Part shown: piece by piece, positions 36,310-46,467 of the stretch | Layout: the number at the start of each line of letters is the position of its first letter | Position numbering within the stretch: position 1 is the first letter of the stretch | Origin: a virus | Direction: 5' to 3' (one strand) | Length of the DNA: 64,000 nucleotides | Virus record (IMG/VR): IMGVR_UViG_3300034073_000569 | Location: 63,625-127,624 of that record | Notes under the pieces: model-generated | Databases searched by the model: none | Seen by the model: the letters and a program-made list of their open reading frames with translations, nothing else | What the model was told of the DNA's origin: nothing | Made by a program: the position numbers and the translations under genes

Positions 36310-36870
36310 ATGATAGACAGCTTATACACGAAATATTTTCAGAAATCAAGATCATTTTTGTTTCCTGCTTTGGGTATAAAGCGTACTAGTAATTTTACTC
36401 CCTCTGGTACTTACCTTTCCGTAGATGGATTGGTAAAGCCAGAGGATGTAAAGTTAGTCTGTAGCTTTCCAGATGACGAGTCTGAAGGTTTCAAAGCGTT
36501 TGAACAACAAATGCTTTTAAGTAATCCTTTATTCTTAGAAATGGTTTCTATACAGGGTTATAAGCTATATGTCTTTGATTTTCATATATATGAGAAGGAT
36601 TGGTTCAATTTTATATTAGGTAAGTATTCTAAACTATCTAATGTCTTAAAACGAGCAATCAAAAACTACTATGGTGACAAGTCAACTGAGTATAAGTACA
36701 TAGAAACATTTTTATATCCTGAGAAATACTTTAGCATTTACGCTAAACTTTTAGATGTTGAAGTTAGTCTACTAGAAAATACCGGTGAGCTATGTGATCC
36801 ATGTGATATGGAAAAAGAAAACTTAAAAATTCCTGTTGAAGATTTGGAAATATTAAAAAAAGGTACTTAA
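36310..36870 (+). CDS. hypothetical protein
   Basis: FLFPALGI...GKYSKLS pattern. Confidence 0.8.
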   Translation: MIDSLYTKYFQKSRSFLFPALGIKRTSNFTPSGTYLSVDGLVKPEDVKLVCSFPDDESEGFKAFEQQMLLSNPLFLEMVSIQGYKLYVFDFHIYEKDWFNFILGKYSKLSNVLKRAIKNYYGDKSTEYKYIETFLYPEKYFSIYAKLLDVEVSLLENTGELCDPCDMEKENLKIPVEDLEILKKGT

Positions 36871-36875
36871 TTTTG
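36843..36875 (+). promoter_or_regulatory. Bacteroidota sigma70-type promoter
   Basis: TTTG-N21-TAATTTTG. Confidence 0.65.
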
Positions 36876-36894
36876 TATAAATAATAAAAAAACC

Positions 36895-37302
36895 ATGAAA
36901 AATTCAATGATGTTAGTTACCAGTAGCTGGGGTAATGATAAAACATTTAAGCTGTTACCTATTACGCCAGAGTGCCCGTATAACGAGTGCATCTTTGATG
37001 TTAGCACAAAAGTGTTAGCTATCATTGGCAAAGAAAAGAAAGAGTCATTCCATATGTTACCAAAGTTATCTGATGAAGGTGATGTTCAGTACATGAAGAT
37101 TGGTAAAAGAAACAATGGAAAAGACTATAAGGAAGAGAGAAAGATGTTAGAGACGTTCTATGAATACTACATTGAACATCCACAAGAGATTATTGACTTC
37201 TTAAACATGTTTGCTGTAAACGCAGACTCATTTGACTACACACAATACTTAGAAAAGAAAGTAGAGCAGCCAAAGCAATCTAATATTTTGACTGGTATTT
37301 AA
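36895..37302 (+). CDS. hypothetical protein
   Basis: 135-aa ORF. Confidence 0.8.
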   Translation: MKNSMMLVTSSWGNDKTFKLLPITPECPYNECIFDVSTKVLAIIGKEKKESFHMLPKLSDEGDVQYMKIGKRNNGKDYKEERKMLETFYEYYIEHPQEIIDFLNMFAVNADSFDYTQYLEKKVEQPKQSNILTGI

Positions 37303-37328
37303 TTTTAATCTTGTCCATTTTACAAATT

Positions 37329-37352
37329 AAGGCAGAAGTTCTGCCTTTTTTT
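37329..37352 (+). terminator. intrinsic terminator
   Basis: AAGGCAG-AAGTT-CTGCCTT-TTTTT. Confidence 0.7.
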
Positions 37353-37393
37353 GGCGGCAAAAAGGGGGAAACAGCTTAACTGAATAAAGAATT

Positions 37394-39334
37394 ATGGAAG
37401 AAAAGAAACCTACCCACTGGGTAATGGACTATGAGACGTTAGTTAATTGTTTTATAGGTGTGTTCCAACATTACAAAGATGAGAATATCAGAAAGACCTT
37501 TGTAATATATAATGATCGTAATGATCTACCACAATTCATAGACTTTCTAAATGAGTGTAAAGATAAAAACCAATGGCATATTAGTTATAATGGTTTAGCT
37601 TTTGATGCTCAGATTAGTCAGCATATTCTAGATAAGCAACGTCAGTTACTAAATCTTAGTACAGAAGATGTTATCAAAGACATCTATGCTTTTGCACAGA
37701 AGACCATATCTCTTAAAGATCAAAACAGTTTTCTTGAGTACTCTCCCGCTAAGATTAAGATTAGACAGATAGATCTATTTAAGATGAATCACTGGGACAA
37801 CCGTGCTAAGATGAGTAGTCTTAAGTGGATACAGTATTCTATGGACTGGAAGAATGTAGAAGAGATGCCTCACCATCATGCTGCTCCTGTAGAAACAGAT
37901 GAGCAACTTAAGATGATTACTGAGTATTGTGTCAATGACGTACTTAGCACAAAGAAAGTGTTAGAGCATTCCAAAGAACAGATTGTCTTAAGACAAACTC
38001 TTACTAAGGAGTATGGTATTGATCTCTATTCTGCATCAGAGCCAAGAATATCTAAAGAACTATTCTTACACTTCTTGTCACAGAAGTTAGGTTGGGATAA
38101 GGGATATATTAAAACACTTAGAACTCATCATAGAGAAATCTATTTGGGTCAGTGCATTTTACCTTATGTCAGCTTTAAGACTGAAGCATTCCAAAGAATG
38201 TATGACTATCTACGTACTCAGGTAATTATATCCACTAAGAACGGATTTAAGTACACTGTAGATCATAAAGGTATGAAAACTGATTACGGGCTCGGTGGTA
38301 TCCACGGGGCTAGAGATGCAGGTGTTTATGAAGCTAAGCCGGGTTATACTATTATGACTTCAGACGTAACTTCATTCTATCCTAATCTAGCTATTAGAAA
38401 TGGATTTCACCCTAGTCATCTACCTAAAGAAGAATTCTGTGAACTGTATGAATGGTTCTTTGAAGAGCGTAAAAAGATTCCTAAGTCTGACCCAAAGAAT
38501 TATGTGTACAAGATCATTCTGAACTCTACATATGGTTTAACAGGTGATGAGAATAGTTTCCTGTATGATCCTCGTATGACTATGCAGATTACTATCAACG
38601 GACAGTTGTTACTATCTATGCTATATGAGATGATATCTTTGGCTATCCCAGAGTCTATACCTCTTATGCAAAACACAGATGGTCTTGAGACTTTGATTCC
38701 TACACAATATGTAGAAACCTATCATCAAGTATGCCAAGAGTGGTGCAAACTAACTATGCTAGAACTAGAACATGATGAGTATTCTAAGATGATCATCAGA
38801 GATGTAAACAATTACATTGCGGTATCTAAGTCTGGTAAAGTAAAATGCAAAGGTGCGTTTGAGTGGGAGGATCTGGACAAAAAGAAAGTAGCTGTATTTC
38901 ATAAGAACAAAAGCTTCTTAATTATCCCTAAAGCCATCTATGCTTACTTTACAAAAGGTGTTAAACCAGAAGATTTCCTAGCAGCCAATCAAAGTATATT
39001 TGATTACTGTGCCGGTATAAAGTCTAAAGGCGGATGGTACTTTGAGCTTAGAGATCTTAAGGAAGGTCAGCTAGTAACAACAAGACTACAAAAAATCGTT
39101 AGGTATTATGTTTCTAATAGAGGAGGTAAGCTAGTCAAGTGTCATGCAGATGGCAGACTAATCCAGGTAGAATCTGGACAGTGGCTACAAACTACTCTAA
39201 ACGAAATAAACGAAACAAGACCTTTTGAGTCTTATGATATTAACACAAGCTACTATCTAGAACAGATCTATAAGGAGATACATCAGATAGAAAAAGAAAA
39301 GAGTTTATCATTTACACAATTATCATTATTTTAA
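37394..39334 (+). CDS. DNA polymerase family B
   Basis: Exonuclease DYE, YNGLAFD, YCVND. Polymerase SDVTSFYP, KIILNSTYG, NTDG. Confidence 0.93.
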   Translation: MEEKKPTHWVMDYETLVNCFIGVFQHYKDENIRKTFVIYNDRNDLPQFIDFLNECKDKNQWHISYNGLAFDAQISQHILDKQRQLLNLSTEDVIKDIYAFAQKTISLKDQNSFLEYSPAKIKIRQIDLFKMNHWDNRAKMSSLKWIQYSMDWKNVEEMPHHHAAPVETDEQLKMITEYCVNDVLSTKKVLEHSKEQIVLRQTLTKEYGIDLYSASEPRISKELFLHFLSQKLGWDKGYIKTLRTHHREIYLGQCILPYVSFKTEAFQRMYDYLRTQVIISTKNGFKYTVDHKGMKTDYGLGGIHGARDAGVYEAKPGYTIMTSDVTSFYPNLAIRNGFHPSHLPKEEFCELYEWFFEERKKIPKSDPKNYVYKIILNSTYGLTGDENSFLYDPRMTMQITINGQLLLSMLYEMISLAIPESIPLMQNTDGLETLIPTQYVETYHQVCQEWCKLTMLELEHDEYSKMIIRDVNNYIAVSKSGKVKCKGAFEWEDLDKKKVAVFHKNKSFLIIPKAIYAYFTKGVKPEDFLAANQSIFDYCAGIKSKGGWYFELRDLKEGQLVTTRLQKIVRYYVSNRGGKLVKCHADGRLIQVESGQWLQTTLNEINETRPFESYDINTSYYLEQIYKEIHQIEKEKSLSFTQLSLF

Positions 39335-39345
39335 TTAACACAATT

Positions 39346-40158
39346 ATGCCAGTTAAAACAATATTTGCGTCTGAAGATTATTTAAGAGGATGTAGACTAC
39401 CTAACCACGGTAAGTCTTACACAGTTATCTCACACGGAACAGTTATAGATGAAGCTAGAGCTAGATTATCATCAGCCGGTTTCACAATTACAAATGAATT
39501 ATATAAAACTACAATCTCTGGAGATGTAGCACAAGGAATTTACCACCTAAGATCAGGAAGTGATCCTGACATGGGACTTATGTTTGTATGGTCAAACAGT
39601 TACAATAAAACCATGGCTTTTAAATGTGCAATTGGTGCACAAGTATTCATCTGTATGAATGGTGTAGTATCAGGAAACCTAGGTTCTTATAGAAGAAGAC
39701 ACAGTGGCTCAGCTCTATCTGATCTAACTACTTCTATGCAAGAACAGATAGCTAATGCTTCTACATACTATGATGATCTTATCAAAGACAAAGAGATGCT
39801 TAAAGATATTACTCTTACTACAAGACAGAAAGGTAGTATTTTAGGTAGACTATTTGCTGAAGATGAGATCTTGACACTTACTCAAGTAGGTATAGTAAAA
39901 CGTGAGATTGACAAACCAAGTTTTTCTTATAGCAGTAATCCAGACAGTGCTTGGGATATGTACAATCATATCACACTAGCACTTAAAGATTCTCACCCAA
40001 TGAGTTATTTGTCTGACCATCAAAGAGTACACAGCTTCTTTGTTAACGAGTTTGGCAATATTGTAAATAGTCAATCTGTACCAGTAACATTAGAACCTGA
40101 AGAAGTTACTGAACAGTATGAAGAAGTAATGTCTGATTTTGGAGTAAACTTTATTTAA
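39346..40158 (+). CDS. DUF932/DUF945-like protein
   Basis: NSYNKTM..GAQVFICMNG..RRH and AWDMYNHIT. Confidence 0.75.
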   Translation: MPVKTIFASEDYLRGCRLPNHGKSYTVISHGTVIDEARARLSSAGFTITNELYKTTISGDVAQGIYHLRSGSDPDMGLMFVWSNSYNKTMAFKCAIGAQVFICMNGVVSGNLGSYRRRHSGSALSDLTTSMQEQIANASTYYDDLIKDKEMLKDITLTTRQKGSILGRLFAEDEILTLTQVGIVKREIDKPSFSYSSNPDSAWDMYNHITLALKDSHPMSYLSDHQRVHSFFVNEFGNIVNSQSVPVTLEPEEVTEQYEEVMSDFGVNFI

Positions 40159-40159
40159 T

Positions 40160-40501
40160 ATGAAATGGTATAAATTAAACGAAGACCATAGTGTAGAAGT
40201 TCTACCTGATGGTGAGTATCCTAAGATAGAAGATTTAAATGGGCCTAGTAAACATGTAGGTAATACATTCATTGGTGACCAAAGAATCTCTACAGTGTTC
40301 TTACACTTTGATCATGGCTTAAACTTTGGTACAACAGATAAACCTTCTGATCCTGTACTGTTTGAGTCTATGATATTTGGTGGGCCGCATGATGAGTATC
40401 AACGTAGATACTGTACATACAATGAGGCTTTAGAAGGACACAATTACTTAATTAAAGCTCTGGAAGAAGAAAGACACCCAGACTTTTATTTTAACGATTA
40501 A
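40160..40501 (+). CDS. hypothetical protein
   Basis: ISTVFLHFDH..LFESMIFGG..RYCTYNEALEGH. Confidence 0.8.
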   Translation: MKWYKLNEDHSVEVLPDGEYPKIEDLNGPSKHVGNTFIGDQRISTVFLHFDHGLNFGTTDKPSDPVLFESMIFGGPHDEYQRRYCTYNEALEGHNYLIKALEEERHPDFYFND

Positions 40502-40511
40502 ATAAATCTAT

Positions 40512-40562
40512 ATGATTATAGGAATTAATGGATATGCCGGCAGTGGATTTTGTAAATTCTAA
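40512..40562 (+). pseudogene. orphan 5' fragment of dNMP kinase
   Basis: MIIGINGYAGSG(FCKF*) parallels MAIIGLSGYSHSG(KDT) of 41170. Confidence 0.7.
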
Positions 40563-40582
40563 AATATTTAGTATATTGTAGT

Positions 40583-41164
40583 ATGAACTATACAAACATA
40601 TACATACTAATAGATCCTACAAATAATGAAATTAAATATGTAGGTAAAGCTAATAATATTAAAGAGCGTTTTAAAAATCATAAAAACCGATGTAGAGATA
40701 CAAATACTTATAAAAGGCATTGGATAAATAAACTTAGATTAAAGGGACTATATCCAGAACTTGAAGTTATAGATATAGTCCCAGTATCTGAGTGGCATTA
40801 TTGGGAAAAGTTTTGGATAAGTTACTACAAATCAATTGGTTGTAACTTAACTAACACAACATCTGGTGGTGATGGGTTAAGTTGCGGCAATAAAACATCT
40901 TTTAAACGTGGTCAAATACCATGGAATAAAGGTAAAAGTCCTAGTAAAGAAACTAAACTTAAAATAAGTAATACACTTAAAGGTAATATTCCTTACAATA
41001 GAAAACCAGTCATACAGTATGATCTTTTAGGTAATAAAATACAAGAATATTTAAGTTGTCATCATGCAGCTAAAGTTCTTAATACGTCAGCTATAAGAAT
41101 ATCTGACGTATGTAATGGAAATCGTAAAACACATAAAAAGTATATTTTTAAATTCAAAAACTAA
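40583..41164 (+). mobile_element. GIY-YIG homing endonuclease with NUMOD3/NUMOD1-like domains
   Basis: IYILID..KYVGKA..R, EKFWI, LTN, PWNKGK..SKETKLKIS, KPVIQYDLLG...CNGNRKTHKKYIFKF. Confidence 0.88.
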
Positions 41165-41169
41165 ACAAT

Positions 41170-41883
41170 ATGGCAATAATTGGATTATCAGGGTATAGTC
41201 ATTCTGGAAAAGACACTGTCGGCACTATCATACAATATTTAGTTGCTAGTCCTACTAAAGATACTGTCACTCTACAAGATGTGATGGACTTTCCAACTAT
41301 GCATGAATGGTGGTTAGATGAACAATCAGGTTGGGAAATAAAGAAATGGGCAGGTAAACTTAAAGTTGTAGCATCTTTACTTACAGGTATACCTAAGCAT
41401 AAGTTTGAAGACCAAGAATTTAAGAAAACTAATTTAGGTTCTGAGTGGGATGTTTTAGAAAGCACACCACGTTATACAGAAAAGGGTTCTTATTACACAC
41501 AAAAGAGTATACCCATGACAGTAAGAGATTTCTTACAGAAATTAGGCACAGATGGTCTTAGAGATAACCTACATGAAAATGTATGGGTGAATGCTCTTAT
41601 GGCTGACTATGAAGGTATGTATGATATAGACACAGATAGAACTACATACCCTAATTGGATTATTACTGATACACGTTTTCCTAATGAAGCACAAGCTATT
41701 CAGCAAGCTAATGGTATTATAATCCGTGTAGAACGTCCTGGTGTAAAACCAATCAATAATCATCCATCTGAAGTTAGCTTAGACAACTGGAACTTTGACC
41801 ATACTATTATAAATGATAGTTCTGTTGAAGCTTTAGCTAAAAAGGTTAAACAAATACTTCAGTTTCATAAAATTATTTCATGA
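41170..41883 (+). CDS. deoxynucleoside monophosphate kinase
   Basis: GYSHSGKDT, RDFLQKLGT, ITDTRFPNE, HPSE. Confidence 0.9.
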   Translation: MAIIGLSGYSHSGKDTVGTIIQYLVASPTKDTVTLQDVMDFPTMHEWWLDEQSGWEIKKWAGKLKVVASLLTGIPKHKFEDQEFKKTNLGSEWDVLESTPRYTEKGSYYTQKSIPMTVRDFLQKLGTDGLRDNLHENVWVNALMADYEGMYDIDTDRTTYPNWIITDTRFPNEAQAIQQANGIIIRVERPGVKPINNHPSEVSLDNWNFDHTIINDSSVEALAKKVKQILQFHKIIS

Positions 41884-42734
41884 AAATAATCCATCAGCGT
41901 ACTAAAACCCTAATAACCCGTGATAATGGAAGGAGTTCGGATGCAGTTAGTCCGAACTTCATCTACGGGTGCTTAGGCGGTTGTATGAGCTCATACTGTT
42001 ATGTAGGCAGATACAATCATGATAAAGTATATATAAATGAAAACACTGGTGATATTCTAAAATCCATGGACGGATGGTTAAGTAAACAGTCTTGGCCTAA
42101 GACACCTAACCAGTGTGATGAAAAGTATTACACAATAGATATAGGATGCAGCACAGACGTAGCTCTAATGACTAAGCATTATGATTGGCAGGAAGTATTC
42201 TACTGGTTTAATAACCATCATATGGCTAAGTCTACTTTTGCTACTAAGTATCCTACCATGTTTCAACCTCAGTGGAAATATATCTTAAATAAAGATAGAC
42301 ATCGTATCCGAGTAAGCTTAATGCCTCAGATATACTCTGATGTACTAGAACCAAATACAGACACTATAGAAGAACGTATCTGGAGCATACCTAGGTTACA
42401 GGAGCATATGGAAGTACATATTAACTTTAGTCCTATTATATATACGGACGGTTGGATAGAAGAGTACCGTAAGCTATTTCAACAACTTAAAGCTGCTAAT
42501 ATAGATGTTAAGTGTGAATGTATATTCCTTACACATAATATACATCAGCATGAACGTAATGAGCAACCAGTGCGTGATCTATTATGGCGTCCGGATATAC
42601 AAGAAGCCAAAGACTCTCAGTATGCTGCAGATAATATTAGGTATCAGTGGCAACTTAAAAAACAAATGGTTGGTGAGTTTACAGCTCTATATGCAGAGTT
42701 TTTTGATCCAACTAACATTAGATATATATTTTAA
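41880..42734 (+). CDS. spore photoproduct lyase (SplB)-like radical SAM protein
   Basis: PNFIYGCLGGCMSSYCY, DIGCSTD, TFATKY, RIRVSLMPQ, VHINFSPII. Confidence 0.8.
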   Translation: MKIIHQRTKTLITRDNGRSSDAVSPNFIYGCLGGCMSSYCYVGRYNHDKVYINENTGDILKSMDGWLSKQSWPKTPNQCDEKYYTIDIGCSTDVALMTKHYDWQEVFYWFNNHHMAKSTFATKYPTMFQPQWKYILNKDRHRIRVSLMPQIYSDVLEPNTDTIEERIWSIPRLQEHMEVHINFSPIIYTDGWIEEYRKLFQQLKAANIDVKCECIFLTHNIHQHERNEQPVRDLLWRPDIQEAKDSQYAADNIRYQWQLKKQMVGEFTALYAEFFDPTNIRYIF

Positions 42735-42736
42735 CT

Positions 42737-43003
42737 ATGACACCACAGGAGTTTAAAGAAAGATATACAAAGCATCATTATCTAACAGTAGGTAAACTAA
42801 AAGAATACTTAGCTGATTATCCAGATGATGCTTTAGTAGTAGCACAAAGAGTAGAAGATGTATATTATGAAAAACATGGATGGCAAACACTAAAGAAACC
42901 AGACCCTATGTTTAAAGATCATGAGATTGAATACTCACCCGTATGGAGTCCTGTTTTATACAGGAATGATAAAGAATGTTTTTATTTAGACTTACACTAT
43001 TAA
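42737..43003 (+). CDS. hypothetical protein
   Basis: LTVGKLKEYL..PDDA motif. Confidence 0.75.
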   Translation: MTPQEFKERYTKHHYLTVGKLKEYLADYPDDALVVAQRVEDVYYEKHGWQTLKKPDPMFKDHEIEYSPVWSPVLYRNDKECFYLDLHY

Positions 43004-43005
43004 TT

Positions 43006-43698
43006 ATGAAAATACTACACATTTCAGACACCCATGGATTCCATAATCAATTCCCAGATACAACCTGGGAAGGGATTGATATAGTAGTCCATAGCGGTGA
43101 TTGTTCTAACTACTATGATGTATTTAGAAACGAGCAGGAAGTAACAAACTTCCTCAATTGGTATGAGCGTGTACCCGTTAACTATAAAATATACGTAGCG
43201 GGTAACCATGACACCTCTATAGAAAGGAAACGTATTACTAAGAAAGACTTTGAAGACCGTGGTATCATATACCTAGAGAATTCAGAGACTGTTATAAAAG
43301 GAGTCAAGTTCTATGGATCTCCCCTTACACCAACATTTGGTCAATGGGCTTTTATGAAAGCTCGTGATAAAATGCATGATGTGTGGCAGGCTGTTCCAGA
43401 TGATACTGATGTTCTAATTGTACATGGCCCACCTAAAGGAGTACGAGACTTATCGTTTGACAGACATGGTCAACTAGAGTTCTGTGGTGATCAAGCACTT
43501 CTTAAACGTTGTCTTGCTTTAAGTAGCACACTTAAGCTTATGTGCTTTGGTCATATCCATAATATGGATGGTGTATATAACCAAGGAGTAGCCACTTTTG
43601 GTCATACTTCCACTGTATTTTCTAATGCTGCTTGTGTTAGAGATGGAAGGTTTGATCTAGGCTTAACTTCTTTTGGAAATGTACTAGAAGTTCAATAA
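43006..43698 (+). CDS. calcineurin-like metallophosphoesterase
   Basis: ISDTH, HSGD, GNHD, HGPP, FGHIH. Start MKILH at 43006. Confidence 0.92.
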   Translation: MKILHISDTHGFHNQFPDTTWEGIDIVVHSGDCSNYYDVFRNEQEVTNFLNWYERVPVNYKIYVAGNHDTSIERKRITKKDFEDRGIIYLENSETVIKGVKFYGSPLTPTFGQWAFMKARDKMHDVWQAVPDDTDVLIVHGPPKGVRDLSFDRHGQLEFCGDQALLKRCLALSSTLKLMCFGHIHNMDGVYNQGVATFGHTSTVFSNAACVRDGRFDLGLTSFGNVLEVQ

Positions 43699-43741
43699 TT
43701 TTAAGTATATTATATAACCGACACTCCTTAAAAAATAGCCT

Positions 43742-43972
43742 ATGAAAATAGGAAAACACTGTACAGACTGTGCACGTTGGTATCCCCTATTCATGTTTAA
43801 GACTGACACTAGAAAGTTTCAGTTAAAAATAGCACTAGGTAAGGTACGAGTGTGTAGAATTTGTACTTTTGTAAAGTCTGGAAAAGGATCTGTTACAAGA
43901 TGGAATGGTAAAGATTTTCATAACGTAACTCTCACTTTTAAAGAACGTATTAAAGAATTTTTTACTAAATAA
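43742..43972 (+). CDS. small Zn-finger protein
   Basis: CTDC..CRIC. Confidence 0.65.
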   Translation: MKIGKHCTDCARWYPLFMFKTDTRKFQLKIALGKVRVCRICTFVKSGKGSVTRWNGKDFHNVTLTFKERIKEFFTK

Positions 43973-43980
43973 AACCAATT

Positions 43981-44208
43981 ATGAAAGATGTTTGTGTATC
44001 CTGCGGTGTAGAAACTCCATACGATGTATACACTCATGTAGACATGAGAAATGGATACGTAGAAGGTTTAGGTCAATTATGTGCAAATTGTTATACAAAC
44101 GGTACTAACCGTAATAACATCCTTGTACCAGAAGCCACTATTATAAACACACCTAACGATAATGAGTTAGGAAGTAGAGTAAGACAGATATACTATGACT
44201 CGAAATGA
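43981..44208 (+). CDS. small Zn-finger protein
   Basis: CVSCG..YVEGLGQLCANC. Confidence 0.75.
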   Translation: MKDVCVSCGVETPYDVYTHVDMRNGYVEGLGQLCANCYTNGTNRNNILVPEATIINTPNDNELGSRVRQIYYDSK

Positions 44209-44446
44209 GATTATAGCAAGAGATATCATTAACCAAATGTTCATCATAGCCGGCCATCAAGTCAGCTATGATGACATTATTGGTAGAAAAGATGCCTGGT
44301 ATACTCAATGGACTATGACTGAAGCTCAAAGACAAGAATGGATACAGTGGGGCATCAAGTATCTAAAGAAGAAAAGCTATTATAAAAAGATAGCAGAAAG
44401 AGAAATGGCTATGATTGATCTATATTGTGGATTAAAAACTATTTAA
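44195..44446 (+). CDS. hypothetical protein
   Basis: ORF in operon. Confidence 0.75.
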   Translation: MTRNEIIARDIINQMFIIAGHQVSYDDIIGRKDAWYTQWTMTEAQRQEWIQWGIKYLKKKSYYKKIAEREMAMIDLYCGLKTI

Positions 44447-44447
44447 A

Positions 44448-44717
44448 ATGAAAAAGTATATTGGTGCTGTACTTAGTATTGCAACTATTGGTCTACTGTT
44501 CTATACACTGTTTGATCTGAAAGAACAGGTTAAGCAAATAGGAATATTACAAAAACAGTTAGACAGCACCATTACAGTTAAAGACAGTCTTATTAATGAA
44601 GTATTTATCCGTGAGATAGAAAACGGTAGATATCAAACTACATTATACTACTTAGAAGAGGCTAATCCTAAAGTAGCATCAGAGTTTAAAAAATACATGG
44701 AAAACCAAACAGAATAA
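44448..44717 (+). CDS. single-TM coiled-coil protein
   Basis: N-terminal TM. Confidence 0.75.
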   Translation: MKKYIGAVLSIATIGLLFYTLFDLKEQVKQIGILQKQLDSTITVKDSLINEVFIREIENGRYQTTLYYLEEANPKVASEFKKYMENQTE

Positions 44718-44720
44718 AAT

Positions 44721-45197
44721 ATGAAAGTAAGCTTTGATTTTGACGGTACACTAGAGCGTGAAGACGTTCAGGAGTATGCCAAAACACTTATAAAATTAGG
44801 TGTAGAAGTATGGGTAGTAACTACTCGTTACGATTCTAATCACCAACACAAATACTTTAGAGTTTTTCCTGAAGAACAATGGGCTAAAGTATGCTCACAT
44901 ACTAATGGTGATCCTAACTTTGGTTTATGGGGAGTGATAGAGAAACTTGGTATACCTAGACATCATGTACGTTTTACTTGTATGGAGTACAAGTATAAAT
45001 ATCTAGATGGCACTAAGTTCATATGGCATCTGGATGATAATCCAGAAGAGTTTTCTCAAGCTAAAGCTAACCATTTAAAAGTTCCTATGATACAAGTAGA
45101 AGCTAATGGTTGGAAGGAAAAATGTGAAAGATTTATCAACTTAAAAATTAGTGAGATAGAAGCTAATAAGACAGAAGAAAATAAAGATTTACTATGA
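44721..45197 (+). CDS. HAD-superfamily hydrolase
   Basis: DFDGT, VVTTR, HLDDN. Confidence 0.85.
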   Translation: MKVSFDFDGTLEREDVQEYAKTLIKLGVEVWVVTTRYDSNHQHKYFRVFPEEQWAKVCSHTNGDPNFGLWGVIEKLGIPRHHVRFTCMEYKYKYLDGTKFIWHLDDNPEEFSQAKANHLKVPMIQVEANGWKEKCERFINLKISEIEANKTEENKDLL

Positions 45198-45448
45198 GAT
45201 GGAAAATTAATAAAGATCCAGATGTAGGAGATAAAAGGGAGTATATGCGTTTTGCTTGGCTTCCAACTTCAGTTACAAATGTAGATGAAAATAATCAAGA
45301 GTATATAATTTGGTTATCTATCTATACCTGTAAACAAGAGTATATGAAATGGACTGCTTGTGCACCAGGTTACCGAAACGGTATGAGAGTAATTGGATGG
45401 CGTACAGTTGATCGTGTTATTCATAATAACATAAGAAAGAAGTGGTAA
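45194..45448 (+). CDS. hypothetical protein
   Basis: RFAWLP motif, ATGA coupling. Confidence 0.7.
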   Translation: MRWKINKDPDVGDKREYMRFAWLPTSVTNVDENNQEYIIWLSIYTCKQEYMKWTACAPGYRNGMRVIGWRTVDRVIHNNIRKKW

Positions 45449-45486
45449 TAGACTCATAATAACAATATAGAAAACACTAATAAAAA

Positions 45487-46467
45487 ATGAAAAGAAACAT
45501 CTTTGAGGCCAGAGTAAACATTCTTCCGTATGAGTATCCACAGTTGTTAGCATATAAAGATGCTATCCGTCACTCTTATTGGATTGATACTGAGTACAAC
45601 TTTACTACAGACATTGACGACTTTAGAGTTAAAGTGACTGATGAGGAAAGAGAAGTGATTAAAAGAACAATGTTAGCCATTGCTCAGATAGAAGTAAACG
45701 TTAAGACCTTCTGGGCTGACTTATATAAAAGGATGCCAATCACTGAGATAGGTGATGTAGGCATGACCTTTGCAGAGTCTGAGGTGAGGCACAAAGATGC
45801 TTATGCTAGACTACTTAGAATTCTTGGTCTAGAAGAAGAGTTTAGAACAGTTATTGAAATTCCAGCTATTGAAGGTAGAATCAAGTATCTAAAGAAATAC
45901 TTAGATGGATCTCGTAGTAAAGACAATAAGATGTATACTAAGAGTGTTCTTTTATTCTCTCTATTTATTGAGCACGTAAGCTTGTTCAGCCAGTTCTTGA
46001 TTATGATGTCTTTTAACAAAGAGAAAAACTTGTTTAAAGGAATCTCTAATGTTGTAGAAGCTACTTCTAAAGAAGAAGATATCCATGGTAACTTTGGAGC
46101 TGAACTAATTAACATTATTCAAGCAGAAAATCCAGAATGGTTTGACCAGGAGTTTAAAGATCTTATTTACTCAGCATGTCAAAAAGCATTTGCTGCAGAG
46201 TGTGATATTCTAGATTGGATCTTTGAGAAAGGTGAGCTTGAGTTTCTTCCTAAAGAAAACATTAAAGCTTTCATCATGAACAGATTTAATAACTCTTTAG
46301 CTAAGATTGGTATGGACCCTATCTTTTTTATTGACTCAAGTCTATTAGAACAGACACACTGGTTTGATGTAGAGATTACTGCTACTAAAGAGGGAGACTT
46401 CTTTTACAAAAAACAAATTGATTATAATAAAAAATCTAAAGCAATCACAGAAGATGACCTATTCTAA
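45487..46467 (+). CDS. nrdB: ribonucleotide reductase class Ia beta subunit
   Basis: ESEVRHKDAY, EEDIHG, C-terminal DFF...Y. Confidence 0.93.
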   Translation: MKRNIFEARVNILPYEYPQLLAYKDAIRHSYWIDTEYNFTTDIDDFRVKVTDEEREVIKRTMLAIAQIEVNVKTFWADLYKRMPITEIGDVGMTFAESEVRHKDAYARLLRILGLEEEFRTVIEIPAIEGRIKYLKKYLDGSRSKDNKMYTKSVLLFSLFIEHVSLFSQFLIMMSFNKEKNLFKGISNVVEATSKEEDIHGNFGAELINIIQAENPEWFDQEFKDLIYSACQKAFAAECDILDWIFEKGELEFLPKENIKAFIMNRFNNSLAKIGMDPIFFIDSSLLEQTHWFDVEITATKEGDFFYKKQIDYNKKSKAITEDDLF

